64,000 bases of DNA, from the NCBI GenBank assembly GCA_965552055.1, contig CBEVQO010000001.1, forward strand, positions 384,001 through 448,000, in the 5' to 3' direction. The position numbers and the translations under genes were made by a program. The notes under the pieces are model-generated. The model had not been told where the DNA came from, searched no databases, and saw only the letters and a list, made by a program, of their open reading frames with translations. This DNA is from an uncultured bacterium (lineage in GTDB: Bacteria > Hydrothermota > UBA3073 > NMUJ01 > CBEVQO01). This document shows, in pieces, positions 1 to 9,598 of the stretch; the first letter of the stretch is position 1; the number at the start of each line of letters is the position of its first letter.

Positions 1-536
1 TTTTTATGCTAAGCGATGTATCAAAGGTATTGCTTATGATAAGATTAAGAGAAGTAGGAGTAGGTGCTGTCTATATCCCGGTAATATGGATGTGCTTCAA
101 TCTTATTTATGCTGGCTTATCTTATCCCGCAGGAATACTCGCAGATAAATACGGAACATACAAAGTTTTAATATTCGGCTTTATACTTCATACTTTCGTC
201 TATCTTGCTTTCATATTTGTTACCCATAAATTTTCTGCAATCCTCTTATTGTTGCTTCTCGGGGTATATAAAGGTATTTCCGATGGACAGTTAAGGCGTT
301 TAACATCTACCTTTACAGAGAAGAAATTGGGAACAGCTTACGGACTTTATCATTCACTTACAGGTGCAAGTTTGCTTATCGGCAACTTAATCTTCGGAAG
401 ATTATGGCAAAGCTTTTCTGTAAAAATGGCTTTCACTTATGCATTCATCCTTTCGCTTTCAGGCACTATACTCTTTATAATCCTTTCCTATTTAATAACA
501 AAAAGCGAAAGAGGATTTACAGGTTTGCCAAGATAA
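1..536 (+). CDS. MFS transporter, C-terminal part (5' end outside window)
   Basis: Hydrophobic helices; MFS loop motif 'GILADKYG'; 'GTAYGLYH'; frame open from the window edge. Confidence 0.85.
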   Translation, partial: FMLSDVSKVLLMIRLREVGVGAVYIPVIWMCFNLIYAGLSYPAGILADKYGTYKVLIFGFILHTFVYLAFIFVTHKFSAILLLLLLGVYKGISDGQLRRLTSTFTEKKLGTAYGLYHSLTGASLLIGNLIFGRLWQSFSVKMAFTYAFILSLSGTILFIILSYLITKSERGFTGLPR

Positions 537-1258
537 TAAACTCCAAAATGTAGATGCGGAGCAGTAGCTCTGCCAGCTGCACCAACTAGCCCTATAATCT
601 GACCCCTGCGAACAATTTGACCTTCAATCACAAATATCCTATCTAAATGACAGTAAAATGTATATAAGCCCATGCCATGGGAAATTATAACCGTTTTGCC
701 CATCAGATAAAAATCACCTGTCAAAACTGTAAGCCCCGAATTTGAAGCAAAAACAGGCTCACCATATCTACCTGCAATATCTATCCCTTTATGTATCGAA
801 ATTTTCGAACCTATTCTCCTCCTCTCGCCAAAATAAGATGTTATTTTGCCATGCAACGGCTTAATAAAACCACTTTTAAAGTAAACTTTGGCAGTATATT
901 CCTTCATCTTTCTTATGCAAAGCAGATTCTCCTTTCTTATTCTTTTGCGAATACGCTTTGGAAATTTATATCTCAATTTTAGTTTAACTTCTCGCACCCT
1001 CAATGGCTTTATAGAAATACTCTTGCTATATATTTTGCCTTTTATCCTCAACTTTATATCCACCTTGCATGTTTCTGCAAACATATCAACGCGACCAATT
1101 GATAACCATACACCTTTGTAGCGAAAAGGAGAAGAAAAATTGAAATCCTTTGTAAGAACCTCAAAACTATCCCTCGAAGCTATAAAAATTAAATCACCCT
1201 GATGAATTTCCGAAGGAAGTATTAAAAACTTTGTGAATAAAAGCAAAAGTTTCAGCAT
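488..1258 (-). CDS. M23 family metallopeptidase with N-terminal signal/anchor
   Basis: HKGIDIA (HxxxD) and PHLHF (HxH) motifs; 'YCHL'. Confidence 0.92.
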   Translation of the reverse strand: MLKLLLLFTKFLILPSEIHQGDLIFIASRDSFEVLTKDFNFSSPFRYKGVWLSIGRVDMFAETCKVDIKLRIKGKIYSKSISIKPLRVREVKLKLRYKFPKRIRKRIRKENLLCIRKMKEYTAKVYFKSGFIKPLHGKITSYFGERRRIGSKISIHKGIDIAGRYGEPVFASNSGLTVLTGDFYLMGKTVIISHGMGLYTFYCHLDRIFVIEGQIVRRGQIIGLVGAAGRATAPHLHFGVYYLGKPVNPLSLFVIK

Positions 1259-1263
1259 CAGAA

Positions 1264-1290
1264 ATTTTATTTTAATCTCATAATTGTAAA
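1264..1290 (-). promoter_or_regulatory. Putative promoter TTTACA-15bp-TAAAAT, 5 nt before the M23 ATG (leaderless)
   Basis: Boxes read directly: TGTAAA 1285-1290 and ATTTTA 1264-1269 on the + strand. Confidence 0.6.
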
Positions 1291-1292
1291 GT

Positions 1293-1470
1293 AATTTTTA
1301 GCCCCTCCTCCGCTGTCCCCACCTTCCCGATTAAGTCAGCCCACTACTACCCCCGCTATAACGCAATCAGAAGATAAAGCATAAAACACCAGAGTAACCC
1401 ACAACCCCGTAATGGGCTGACATATCAACCCATATGTAATGTGCTCGGCTACGCCTCGCATTAAAATTTT
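1293..1470 (-). repeat. Dispersed structured GC-rich element, full copy 1
   Basis: Reverse complement nearly identical to 52077-52253 (about a dozen differences by eye); internal 13-bp inverted repeat; GGCGTAGCC mini-hairpin; G-rich end. Confidence 0.92.
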
Positions 1471-1522
1471 ACAGGTCATACCCGATACTGATATGGCTTC
1501 TTACCTCCTATGAAATAATTTG

Positions 1523-1549
1523 TTGACAGAGGGAAATGTTGATTATAAT
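1523..1549 (+). promoter_or_regulatory. Putative promoter TTGACA-15bp-TATAAT
   Basis: Perfect consensus boxes; followed by AGGAGG and GTG at 1568. Confidence 0.75.
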
Positions 1550-1567
1550 TATGCAAAAGGAGGGAGT

Positions 1568-4462
1568 GTGAGACATGTTGCTTTATTATTTCTCATTTTA
1601 ACAGGGACGGCTTTCGCAAAGGTGTGGGTTGTAGATACCACAGGTGCAGAGGGTGACTCATTACAAAAAGCGATTGATTCTGCATGGCAAGACCCGGGGA
1701 TTGATACAGTGCTGGTAAAGAACGGAACCTATCATCTATTTATAAATGACACTATTGGTTTGATAATGCGTGATTCCGTGGTGCTCATGAGTGAAAACGG
1801 AGCTGAAAAATGCACGCTAACAGCAGTATCAGAAGATGGCACAGATACCGCATGGCATGTCATCTATTGCAGTGGATGGGATACTGCATCGCACGCAGCA
1901 ATTATAAAGGGCTTCACAATAAAAGATGGCAATGCAACGGGTCCTTCTACTCACAAGCATGGTGGCGGAATCTTTATCTCCCGTGCATCACCCACAATAG
2001 ACTCGTGCATAATAATAAACAATTATGCCTCTTATGATGGCGGAGGAATTTACATTTATTCCTATTCCTCACCCACACTGAAAAGCAACACAATAACAAA
2101 CAATCACGCTTATGATGATGGAGGAGGGATTTGCATTTCTGACTGTTCTTCACCCATAGTAAATTCGTGTATAATATCAAACAATTCTGCTTCTGATGAT
2201 GGCGGAGGAATTTACATTTATTACCATTCCTCACCAACAATAGATTCATGTGTAATAACAAACAATTCTGCTTCCGATAATGGTGGCGGGATTTACATTT
2301 ATTACTATTCTTCGCCTGTACTGAAAGGTAACACAATAATAAACAACTCCGCTTCTAATGGTGGAGGCGGAATTTACATCTGTGACAATTCTTCACCTGC
2401 ATTATCAGGCAACATGATAACAAACAATTCTGCTAATTATGGCGGAGGAATTTACATTTATTACTATTCTTCACCGACAATAGATTCGTGTATAATATCA
2501 AACAATTCTGCTACTTATGATGGCGGAGGAATTTACATTGATTACTATTCCTTGCCTGTACTGGAAGGCAACACAATAACAAACAACTCTGCTTCCGATG
2601 ATGGTGGAGGAATTTACATTGAAGACCATTCTTCACTCACAATAGATTCTTGCATAATAACACACAACTCTGCTTCCGATGGTGGAGGTGGAATTTATAT
2701 TTATTACTATTCTTCACCTACACTAAAAGGCAACGCAATAACAAACAATTCTGCTAATAAAGGTGGAGGAATTTACATTTATGACCATTCTTCACCCACA
2801 TTATCTGGCAATATAATCGAAAGCAATTCTGCTGATGCTGGAGGCGGGGTTTACATTTATAATTCCACGCCTACATTGAAAGGCAACACTATCTACGCTA
2901 ATTCAAGCGAACTATCAGGTGGAGGAATTTACATTTATTACTATTCTTCACCTGTATTACAGGGTAACATTATTTACAATAATTCAGCTGGATTGAAGGG
3001 AGGCGGAATCCGCATTAATCGGCATTCCTCGCTTACCTCAATAGGAAATATTATTTACAGTAATTCGGCTGATTCAGGTGGAGGTGGGCTTGCTATACGA
3101 AATTATTCACAGGCAAAATTAATGAAATGCGTTATAGGTATGAATAAAAGTGTAAAAGGTGGTGCAATATTTGATACGCTTTATTCAAAAGTTATAATTG
3201 ATAGTTCGTTCATCGTTGATAACGGCGATTATTCTAACGCAGGACTCGCTTATATTGCATCGAATGCAGATTCAGGGATTACATTTAAACTCACATACAG
3301 CCATATATACTACAACACTCTACAACCTGACACTGAAATTGTCAATTTATCCGGTGTAACAATAAATCTTGAAAATAACTTCTGGTGGGATACGACAGAC
3401 GCTGAAATATCTGCAAAAATATATGGTGCAAATGTCCATACTCCATGGTCTAATGACTTTATACCGGGTGTGCCGGGCGAACCTGTTAGCATTGACTCTT
3501 TAAAAAATTACGATAAAGATTTCTCACAGGTTGTTAATTCACTTGACAAAGAAGATACACTTTATATAAGGATTTACGGAGAGGACAGGAATGCACATCT
3601 ACATGAAATCGCAGTTGTAATAATAAAATCGAGTGTTTACCCACAGGGAATAGCAGTTGGGCTCGTTGAAACAGATACAAATTCAGGAATATACGAAGGT
3701 ATCGCTTATGTTCTGGAGAGCACAGGAAATGAGGATATAAGGGATGACGACATAAATCAAATAATACGGGTCGATCCAGCAGGTGATGATATAACACTTC
3801 AAAGCAATATTGATATTACAAAGAAATTCATCGTCAAGTATAAGGGCGGACTACCACAACCCGATATTGCCCTTTCGGATACCATGCATGACTTTGGAAC
3901 ATCTTCCCTTTATGACACAATTGACTGGAAAATGTGGGTAAAGAATGCAGGTAATGAAACTCTATCGGTTGACAGCGTTAAAGTAAATCTGCCTTTTAAA
4001 TTAATCTCACCTTCATTGCCTCAAATCATATTGCCTGGTGATAGCACAGAGTTTACAGTAAGATTCAATCCACAGGATACGGGCAATTTTGTTGATACTA
4101 TGAAAATTTACTCGAATGACCCGGATGAACCTGTTGCAAAAGTGGTATTAATTGCATCATGCGTGGGATTACAGGAAATATTGCCAAAGACATTCAAAGT
4201 AAGCAATATGCCAAATCCATTCAGCAACTTCACACAGATTAAATATCAATTACCAGAAGAAGAAAAAGTTAAGATTGAAATAATAGATATAACAGGAAGA
4301 TTGATAAAAGTATTGGTTGACGAAAAGAAATCACCGGGGTATTATTCTGTAACATGGAAAGGTAAAGATACGCAGGGCAGAAATGTCCCACCTGGAATCT
4401 ACTTCTATCTCATAAAAGCAGGAAAAAATAGAGCGATTAAGAAAATGATAAAATTGAAATAA
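1568..4462 (+). CDS. Secreted right-handed parallel beta-helix repeat protein with Ig-like (ASH/choice-of-anchor D) domain and T9SS/FlgD-type C-terminal domain
   Basis: Start moved to GTG 1568 (SD AGGAGG, signal peptide ...TAFA); about 15 'NNSAxxxGGGIYI' repeats; C-terminus 'PNPF...IIDITGRLIKVL...PGIYF'. Confidence 0.88.
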   Translation: MRHVALLFLILTGTAFAKVWVVDTTGAEGDSLQKAIDSAWQDPGIDTVLVKNGTYHLFINDTIGLIMRDSVVLMSENGAEKCTLTAVSEDGTDTAWHVIYCSGWDTASHAAIIKGFTIKDGNATGPSTHKHGGGIFISRASPTIDSCIIINNYASYDGGGIYIYSYSSPTLKSNTITNNHAYDDGGGICISDCSSPIVNSCIISNNSASDDGGGIYIYYHSSPTIDSCVITNNSASDNGGGIYIYYYSSPVLKGNTIINNSASNGGGGIYICDNSSPALSGNMITNNSANYGGGIYIYYYSSPTIDSCIISNNSATYDGGGIYIDYYSLPVLEGNTITNNSASDDGGGIYIEDHSSLTIDSCIITHNSASDGGGGIYIYYYSSPTLKGNAITNNSANKGGGIYIYDHSSPTLSGNIIESNSADAGGGVYIYNSTPTLKGNTIYANSSELSGGGIYIYYYSSPVLQGNIIYNNSAGLKGGGIRINRHSSLTSIGNIIYSNSADSGGGGLAIRNYSQAKLMKCVIGMNKSVKGGAIFDTLYSKVIIDSSFIVDNGDYSNAGLAYIASNADSGITFKLTYSHIYYNTLQPDTEIVNLSGVTINLENNFWWDTTDAEISAKIYGANVHTPWSNDFIPGVPGEPVSIDSLKNYDKDFSQVVNSLDKEDTLYIRIYGEDRNAHLHEIAVVIIKSSVYPQGIAVGLVETDTNSGIYEGIAYVLESTGNEDIRDDDINQIIRVDPAGDDITLQSNIDITKKFIVKYKGGLPQPDIALSDTMHDFGTSSLYDTIDWKMWVKNAGNETLSVDSVKVNLPFKLISPSLPQIILPGDSTEFTVRFNPQDTGNFVDTMKIYSNDPDEPVAKVVLIASCVGLQEILPKTFKVSNMPNPFSNFTQIKYQLPEEEKVKIEIIDITGRLIKVLVDEKKSPGYYSVTWKGKDTQGRNVPPGIYFYLIKAGKNRAIKKMIKLK
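1958..3090 (+). repeat. Intragenic imperfect tandem repeats of about 72-75 bp (beta-helix rungs)
   Basis: Recurrent aacaattctgct...ggcggaggaatttacattt units. Confidence 0.85.
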
Positions 4463-4463
4463 A

Positions 4464-5639
4464 TTGGGTAAAGGAATTTTCATAAGTGCAACAAAAAGAA
4501 ACATCGGTAAAACATTTTTCATAATCGGATTGATAAAGTTGTTAAAAGAAAAGGGCTTCAAAGTTTCTTATATAAAACCAGTAGCCCAGCATTACATTGA
4601 AGTTAATGGCGATAAAATATCACGAGATGCTTATCTTATGAAAAAAATTTTTGACTTTGATGCAGATTTAAAACTAATGAGCCCATGTATCCTTGCTCCA
4701 GGTATTACTGCTGATTTCATCACTGGTAAATGGAAGCCACCTTTATCAAAAATTTTAAATTCTTACTTAGAATTGCTCGAAGATTCCGATTTCGTATTGA
4801 TAGAAGGAACAGGGCATGCAGGAGTTGGCTCAGTTGTAAAGATATCAAATGCAAGAGTAGCAAAGGAACTAAATGCAAAAGTGGTTTTAATCGCAAGAGG
4901 AGGAATAGGTAGCACAATTGATGAAATAACATTAAACTCTGCACTATTTGAGAAATTCGATAGAAAAGTAGAAGCAATCGTAATAAATAAAATACTGCGG
5001 GAAAAATATACAAAGATAAAAAATACACTTGAAAAAGCATTCAAAGATACAGGAATTTACCCTATCGCATTCATTCCCTATGAGCCAATTTTATCAAGTC
5101 CAACTTTATCGGCAATAAAAGAAGAAGTAGGAGCATCTATCCTTACAACCTATCAAGACCTCGATGTGCATGTTGATAATGTAATTGTAGCAACAATGGG
5201 TGCAGGAGAAGTGCTCGAAAATATAATGAATAATAATGCAAAATCTTTAATAATAACATCGGGTGATAGAACAGATGTAATACTGGCATGTTGCACATTG
5301 TATTATCAGGGTAGAAGAAACATCGCAGGAATATTGCTGTCATCTCCACCTTCAAGAAATGTATTGAAAATACTCGAAAAGATAAATATAACGGTTCTCT
5401 ATTCAAAAGAAGATGTGTATTCTCTTGCTGCAAAAGTAAACAACTTAACTGTAAAAATACATCCGCATGATAAAGAAAAGATAAATCTTGCATGGAAACT
5501 GGTGCAAAATTTTCTGGATTTCGAAAAATTTATGGAATTCACGGAAAAAGAAGAAAAAGTAACCGTTACCTTCAAATGGAAAGCAACATTTTACAAAGTT
5601 CTACATTTTTTAAAGAAAATTTTCTATTTCGGAAGATAA
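4464..5639 (+). CDS. BioD-like AAA domain plus DRTGG domain protein (like the N-terminus of class II phosphate acetyltransferase)
   Basis: 'GKT' P-loop, 'YIKPV', 'LIEGTGHAGVG', 'ITSGDRTD'; no PTA catalytic domain. Confidence 0.8.
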   Translation: MGKGIFISATKRNIGKTFFIIGLIKLLKEKGFKVSYIKPVAQHYIEVNGDKISRDAYLMKKIFDFDADLKLMSPCILAPGITADFITGKWKPPLSKILNSYLELLEDSDFVLIEGTGHAGVGSVVKISNARVAKELNAKVVLIARGGIGSTIDEITLNSALFEKFDRKVEAIVINKILREKYTKIKNTLEKAFKDTGIYPIAFIPYEPILSSPTLSAIKEEVGASILTTYQDLDVHVDNVIVATMGAGEVLENIMNNNAKSLIITSGDRTDVILACCTLYYQGRRNIAGILLSSPPSRNVLKILEKINITVLYSKEDVYSLAAKVNNLTVKIHPHDKEKINLAWKLVQNFLDFEKFMEFTEKEEKVTVTFKWKATFYKVLHFLKKIFYFGR

Positions 5640-5641
5640 AT

Positions 5642-8131
5642 TTAAGGTCTTTTCAAGAAGCGTATTATCGCTACGCCTTTTCCCCAGTGTTTCCTCTGCT
5701 CCCATATTTTCTTAAAACCATTGTTTGTCTTCATGCCCAAATATGCCCATTGGTCGTTTTCTCTTACTCGAATTGCTCCTTCTTCTTCGGGTTTAATTTT
5801 TTCACTTTGTAAAAGAATTGCCAAACTGTCTCTTTTTTTCTTACCATCTTTACCTATTAATCCTCCCACTCCATCACCACAGATACCTATCAAAACGGTA
5901 TCACCTACGGATAATGATTTTAGGTAATTGTATAAACGTTTGGCTTCACGGACTCCTTCTTCAAGGGAGTATGTATGAAATCTTTCGGTATCTATTGGAG
6001 TTCCATTTCTTATGACAACTACCCAGATGCCAGGTTCATCTTCAAAGTTTATCACATTTCCAGCTGCAAGGAACTTTATGTAGTTTCCATCTTTACTCCC
6101 TGCTGACTCTATTGCGTGGGGATATGCTGCTGAGCCGAGAGGCATTAAGCGCTTTTTATGAATTCTTAATGGGAGCCGAGTAGAGATTTTCCCTTTCTCA
6201 AAAGTAGTGTACATTGTGTCCATATAATGGCGTGTAAATTTGTCTTTTGTTACTGGCAATGTAACTCTTTCTATACCCTTATTCCTAAAAGGCTCTAAAT
6301 CGGTAGTGTAGAAAGGTTTTACATTGTTCCAATACAAATCCACATGATATCCATAATGGTTAACTGTATCAATAAGAACCTTTAATCTTATTTGTTTTCT
6401 TTTTCCATTATTATGTTTAATTAAATCCCTTAAGGATAAATCTTTTAAATTCAATAAAATTGAGGTATCTTTAATCACAATGTCTTCTTTCCAGCTCAAA
6501 TAAGGTATATCTGTTCTTATTTTTATTCTTAATTCCCCTTCTTGTGAAGGTAAAGATAAATAAGGAGAAAATAATTCTAACTCAATTATAAGCGTATCCC
6601 TGTTTATATTTTCATTTATTATGGCCCAAATTAAATTGTCTTTTACAAAATTATTTCCGTGATAACGGTTAATAAGACTTTTCTGAACGGCAAATCTATA
6701 AATAATTGAGCTTTCATGAACCCAATCATTTGAATTATCAGTAAACCATACATCTTTTTCTGCAATATTTTCCGGACCCACATTTATTAACTGCTGCAAA
6801 TTTTCTATCAAAAAGGCGTTAAGATCATCAATATTAAAAGGAATCGTTTTATCCCAAAATCCCTTAAAATATTTTCCATTAGAATTAAGCCAACCTGTAG
6901 ATTTCCACATATAATATTCAACATAATTATTAACATATTCTCGCGGAATAAAGGTATCTATGTTACAATAATATTTACTTAAATCTATAGAAGGATCCCC
7001 ATAATGCAACGCAATTATCGCGTTTGTCTCCCATGATTTTAAATCTGAGACTTTTATTAAAGGTATCTCGATTGTATCATTGCGTTTAGAAGTCCAGAAT
7101 AATATCCTCCATTCGGTTCTTACACTTAATTTCAATTTTCCTTCTTCATAATCCATTAGCAATGAAGGAAAAAATTTGATATCTGTAATTAATCCTCCAA
7201 TTATTCCTCCAATTATTCCAATGGGTAAAATTATAGGAGGTAAGTTTAATAATTTTTTATACCTTTTCCCTTGATTTTTGTATTCGAGTATACCTGTTAA
7301 GAATGACCTTGAAATAGGAGAATTAATTAGTTGAATTGTGAGAACCTTTAAAATATCCATTGAAGTGAAACCCACGATATCTTCCACTATTTCTTCAAGA
7401 GCGATTGCGATAGGCAGAGTAATAATCAATGGAAGGAAAATAGGACCATAAAAAGCAGTCAATAGCTCAGGCGTTTTTAACAAAATCACTATTGCGTCCT
7501 CAAAATCTCTATTTGATAAACAATAATATACCCAATACAATTTTAGTAATATCTCAGCGGAAGCTGTAACAGTTACATCTTCCGCTAACAACGCTTGAAG
7601 GCAATTCTCTAAAGCTGAGTATTCTACAAAATCCAATATATTATTTAAGGCAGGAGAATGTTTATAAACATACGCATCCATCATAGTTTCCATCGATTTA
7701 AATTTCTTTGCCTCTGCTTTGCTTATTCCAAGCATCGGGTATCCCACCCCTGTCTCCACAACTAACCACGGCACATAAAGGTCATATCCGTATTTATCTT
7801 GTAAAAGATGAGTAATACAACCGAGCCAAAAGCAAACACCGTTTATGTCTTTCTTTTCCCATTTAGTTCGTAAAATCTGCAAACATTTTTCCATACCATG
7901 AAATTCACCTTGATTTAAAACCTTTTGAAAGTAATCAGGTCCTATACATCCGATAACAAATAAAGCTCGATGAGTCTGTGTAAAGTTTACATTTGGAAAT
8001 TTTTCTTTTAACATCTCTTTTACAGTAGGCCAGATACAATCACCCGAATAAAGGTGTGTCGCCAAATCCATTGCCTTTATTTGTCTACAAAAAATGCTCA
8101 TAAGGAACAACATTGGATACAATTTTTTCAT
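5642..8131 (-). CDS. Secreted protein with N-terminal zinc-dependent phospholipase C/P1-like domain and C-terminal ILEI/GG-type domain
   Basis: Signal peptide, then TH...GCIGPD...H...THLLQD metal-ligand pattern; C-terminal 'SAG...G...GIWVVVI...FHTY...GDG...WAYLG'; SD GGAGGGG. Confidence 0.6.
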   Translation of the reverse strand: MKKLYPMLFLMSIFCRQIKAMDLATHLYSGDCIWPTVKEMLKEKFPNVNFTQTHRALFVIGCIGPDYFQKVLNQGEFHGMEKCLQILRTKWEKKDINGVCFWLGCITHLLQDKYGYDLYVPWLVVETGVGYPMLGISKAEAKKFKSMETMMDAYVYKHSPALNNILDFVEYSALENCLQALLAEDVTVTASAEILLKLYWVYYCLSNRDFEDAIVILLKTPELLTAFYGPIFLPLIITLPIAIALEEIVEDIVGFTSMDILKVLTIQLINSPISRSFLTGILEYKNQGKRYKKLLNLPPIILPIGIIGGIIGGLITDIKFFPSLLMDYEEGKLKLSVRTEWRILFWTSKRNDTIEIPLIKVSDLKSWETNAIIALHYGDPSIDLSKYYCNIDTFIPREYVNNYVEYYMWKSTGWLNSNGKYFKGFWDKTIPFNIDDLNAFLIENLQQLINVGPENIAEKDVWFTDNSNDWVHESSIIYRFAVQKSLINRYHGNNFVKDNLIWAIINENINRDTLIIELELFSPYLSLPSQEGELRIKIRTDIPYLSWKEDIVIKDTSILLNLKDLSLRDLIKHNNGKRKQIRLKVLIDTVNHYGYHVDLYWNNVKPFYTTDLEPFRNKGIERVTLPVTKDKFTRHYMDTMYTTFEKGKISTRLPLRIHKKRLMPLGSAAYPHAIESAGSKDGNYIKFLAAGNVINFEDEPGIWVVVIRNGTPIDTERFHTYSLEEGVREAKRLYNYLKSLSVGDTVLIGICGDGVGGLIGKDGKKKRDSLAILLQSEKIKPEEEGAIRVRENDQWAYLGMKTNNGFKKIWEQRKHWGKGVAIIRFLKRP

Positions 8132-8143
8132 GTCCCCTCCTTC

Positions 8144-9495
8144 TTAAAATTTGCAGATTTTTTGCTGAGAGACATTATTATTTCTTTTTACTTTTAAAAT
8201 ATACACTCCTCTCGATAAGTTCGATAAATTTAAAGGAAATTCTTGAACTCCTAATCCCTTTAATTGGAAACTTTCTCTCATTCTTAATCTTCCCATAATA
8301 TCATAAACTTTAACTTCAACCTCCTCGTCTCCAACAGCTATTAATTGTAGATTTATAAAATCTCTGCAAGGGTTAGGATAAGCAACAAAGTGCTCCCTGC
8401 ACGCCTCAACATCCCACACTATCCTGCCAAATATTCTATCACTTTGCCAATCGGGAGAAGTCTGTCTCTGATACACTACTAAAAATTGTCCAAATGCACC
8501 TGCCAGATTAAAATCATCCGCAATCGGAGTTATAGTATTAATATCAATAATCTTACCATTAGGAGTAAAAAGGGAACCAATTATCTTATCTCCATGTGCC
8601 CAGATTATCATAAAATGCTTATTATTATGTGCTACTATAGGCCAACAGCAATCTCCTTCGTCTAATCTAAGCGAAGTAATTCTCCCTAAATTTTCATTTA
8701 AAATTATAAGAGAAACATCTGGAATGCCTCCTCCGTATGCCACAAAAATCTTTTCTCCATTATAAGAGACACTTTGACCAAAAGTAAGCGTACCTTCATA
8801 TCTAGCTGGATTACAGGAAATTTCTATTTGCTGTGCATTCGTCAAATCTTTTGTCAATTTAACCCCCAAAAGGTCTGAATAATAATACCCAGCACATCCA
8901 TAGATTATAAAATAATAATTCTTTGTGTTTACAATATCAGGAAAACAAAAATAATATCCTGTTTTATCAAGTACCACGGGCTCTCCGAGGACTTTGCCTT
9001 CAGGCGATACCTTCACCACTCTCAACTCATCCCCTGACTCCGTCTTACAAATCCAGCACACAACAAAATTTTCACCATCGAAACAGGCAGAAGAGGGACC
9101 ATACGAATCCGTGATTAAGAAAGGAACACTATCCAACACAACGCCATTAATGGTTACTCTTACTCCGTACAACATACTTTCCTTCTTTGAAATAATACAT
9201 AAGAAAACTCCTGCTCCATAAGAGAGTGCCCATAGATAACTACTATCTGCAATTAAAATTGAAGGTTCTATTACCTCCCCTGAAGGTGTTATTAAATTCC
9301 CCCAAACACTTTTATAATAAGTTCCATTACCAAGATATTTCCATTTTACCCATGCCACAAAATAGGTATTTTCGCCAAATACCACTTTTGGACGTTCCTG
9401 CCCATAACCTTCTTCACAACCTCCAATTGTAAACTCGTCCCCCACTATTATTTTTGCTGTATCAGTGAAGAAAATTAGTGCTAAAACTACCCCAT
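8144..9495 (-). CDS. T9SS-type C-terminal domain protein with beta-propeller-like repeats; probable 5' frameshift (ORF track start 9445)
   Basis: Repeats 'F.V.W....I.G..(V)...G.V'; C-terminus 'YPNP...YDIMGR...GVYILKV'; a hydrophobic in-frame extension to 9493 lacks an in-frame start, and the promoter-proximal ATG at 9495 is out of frame. Confidence 0.7.
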
Positions 9496-9500
9496 CGTAA

Positions 9501-9527
9501 ATTTTAATCCAATTATTTTAATGTCAA
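9501..9527 (-). promoter_or_regulatory. Putative promoter TTGACA-15bp-TAAAAT, 5 nt before ATG 9495
   Basis: TGTCAA 9522-9527 and ATTTTA 9501-9506 on the + strand. Confidence 0.7.
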
Positions 9528-9565
9528 CAATCTTATCAAAATTTTCGCACTTTTTCATTTTACCC

Positions 9566-9592
9566 TTGACAGATTAAAAAATGAATTAAAAT
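9566..9592 (+). promoter_or_regulatory. Putative promoter TTGACA-15bp-TAAAAT, 6 nt before the MoxR ATG
   Basis: Boxes read directly; no SD. Confidence 0.72.
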
Positions 9593-9598
9593 AAGAGT

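Noticed and set aside
1293..1470. Group II intron fragment, tRNA or known riboswitch
   Set aside because: I recognise no domain V motif, cloverleaf or aptamer consensus; kept as an unassigned repeat pending an Rfam search.
1499..1510. Orphan perfect SD (AGGAGGT) on the minus strand next to element copy 1
   Set aside because: No suitably spaced start codon or ORF follows; it could be chance or a remnant, and I cannot support it further.
1958..3090. Possible diversity-generating retroelement template/variable repeats
   Set aside because: Repeats are tandem and in frame, differences are not adenine-specific, and there is no reverse transcriptase in the window.
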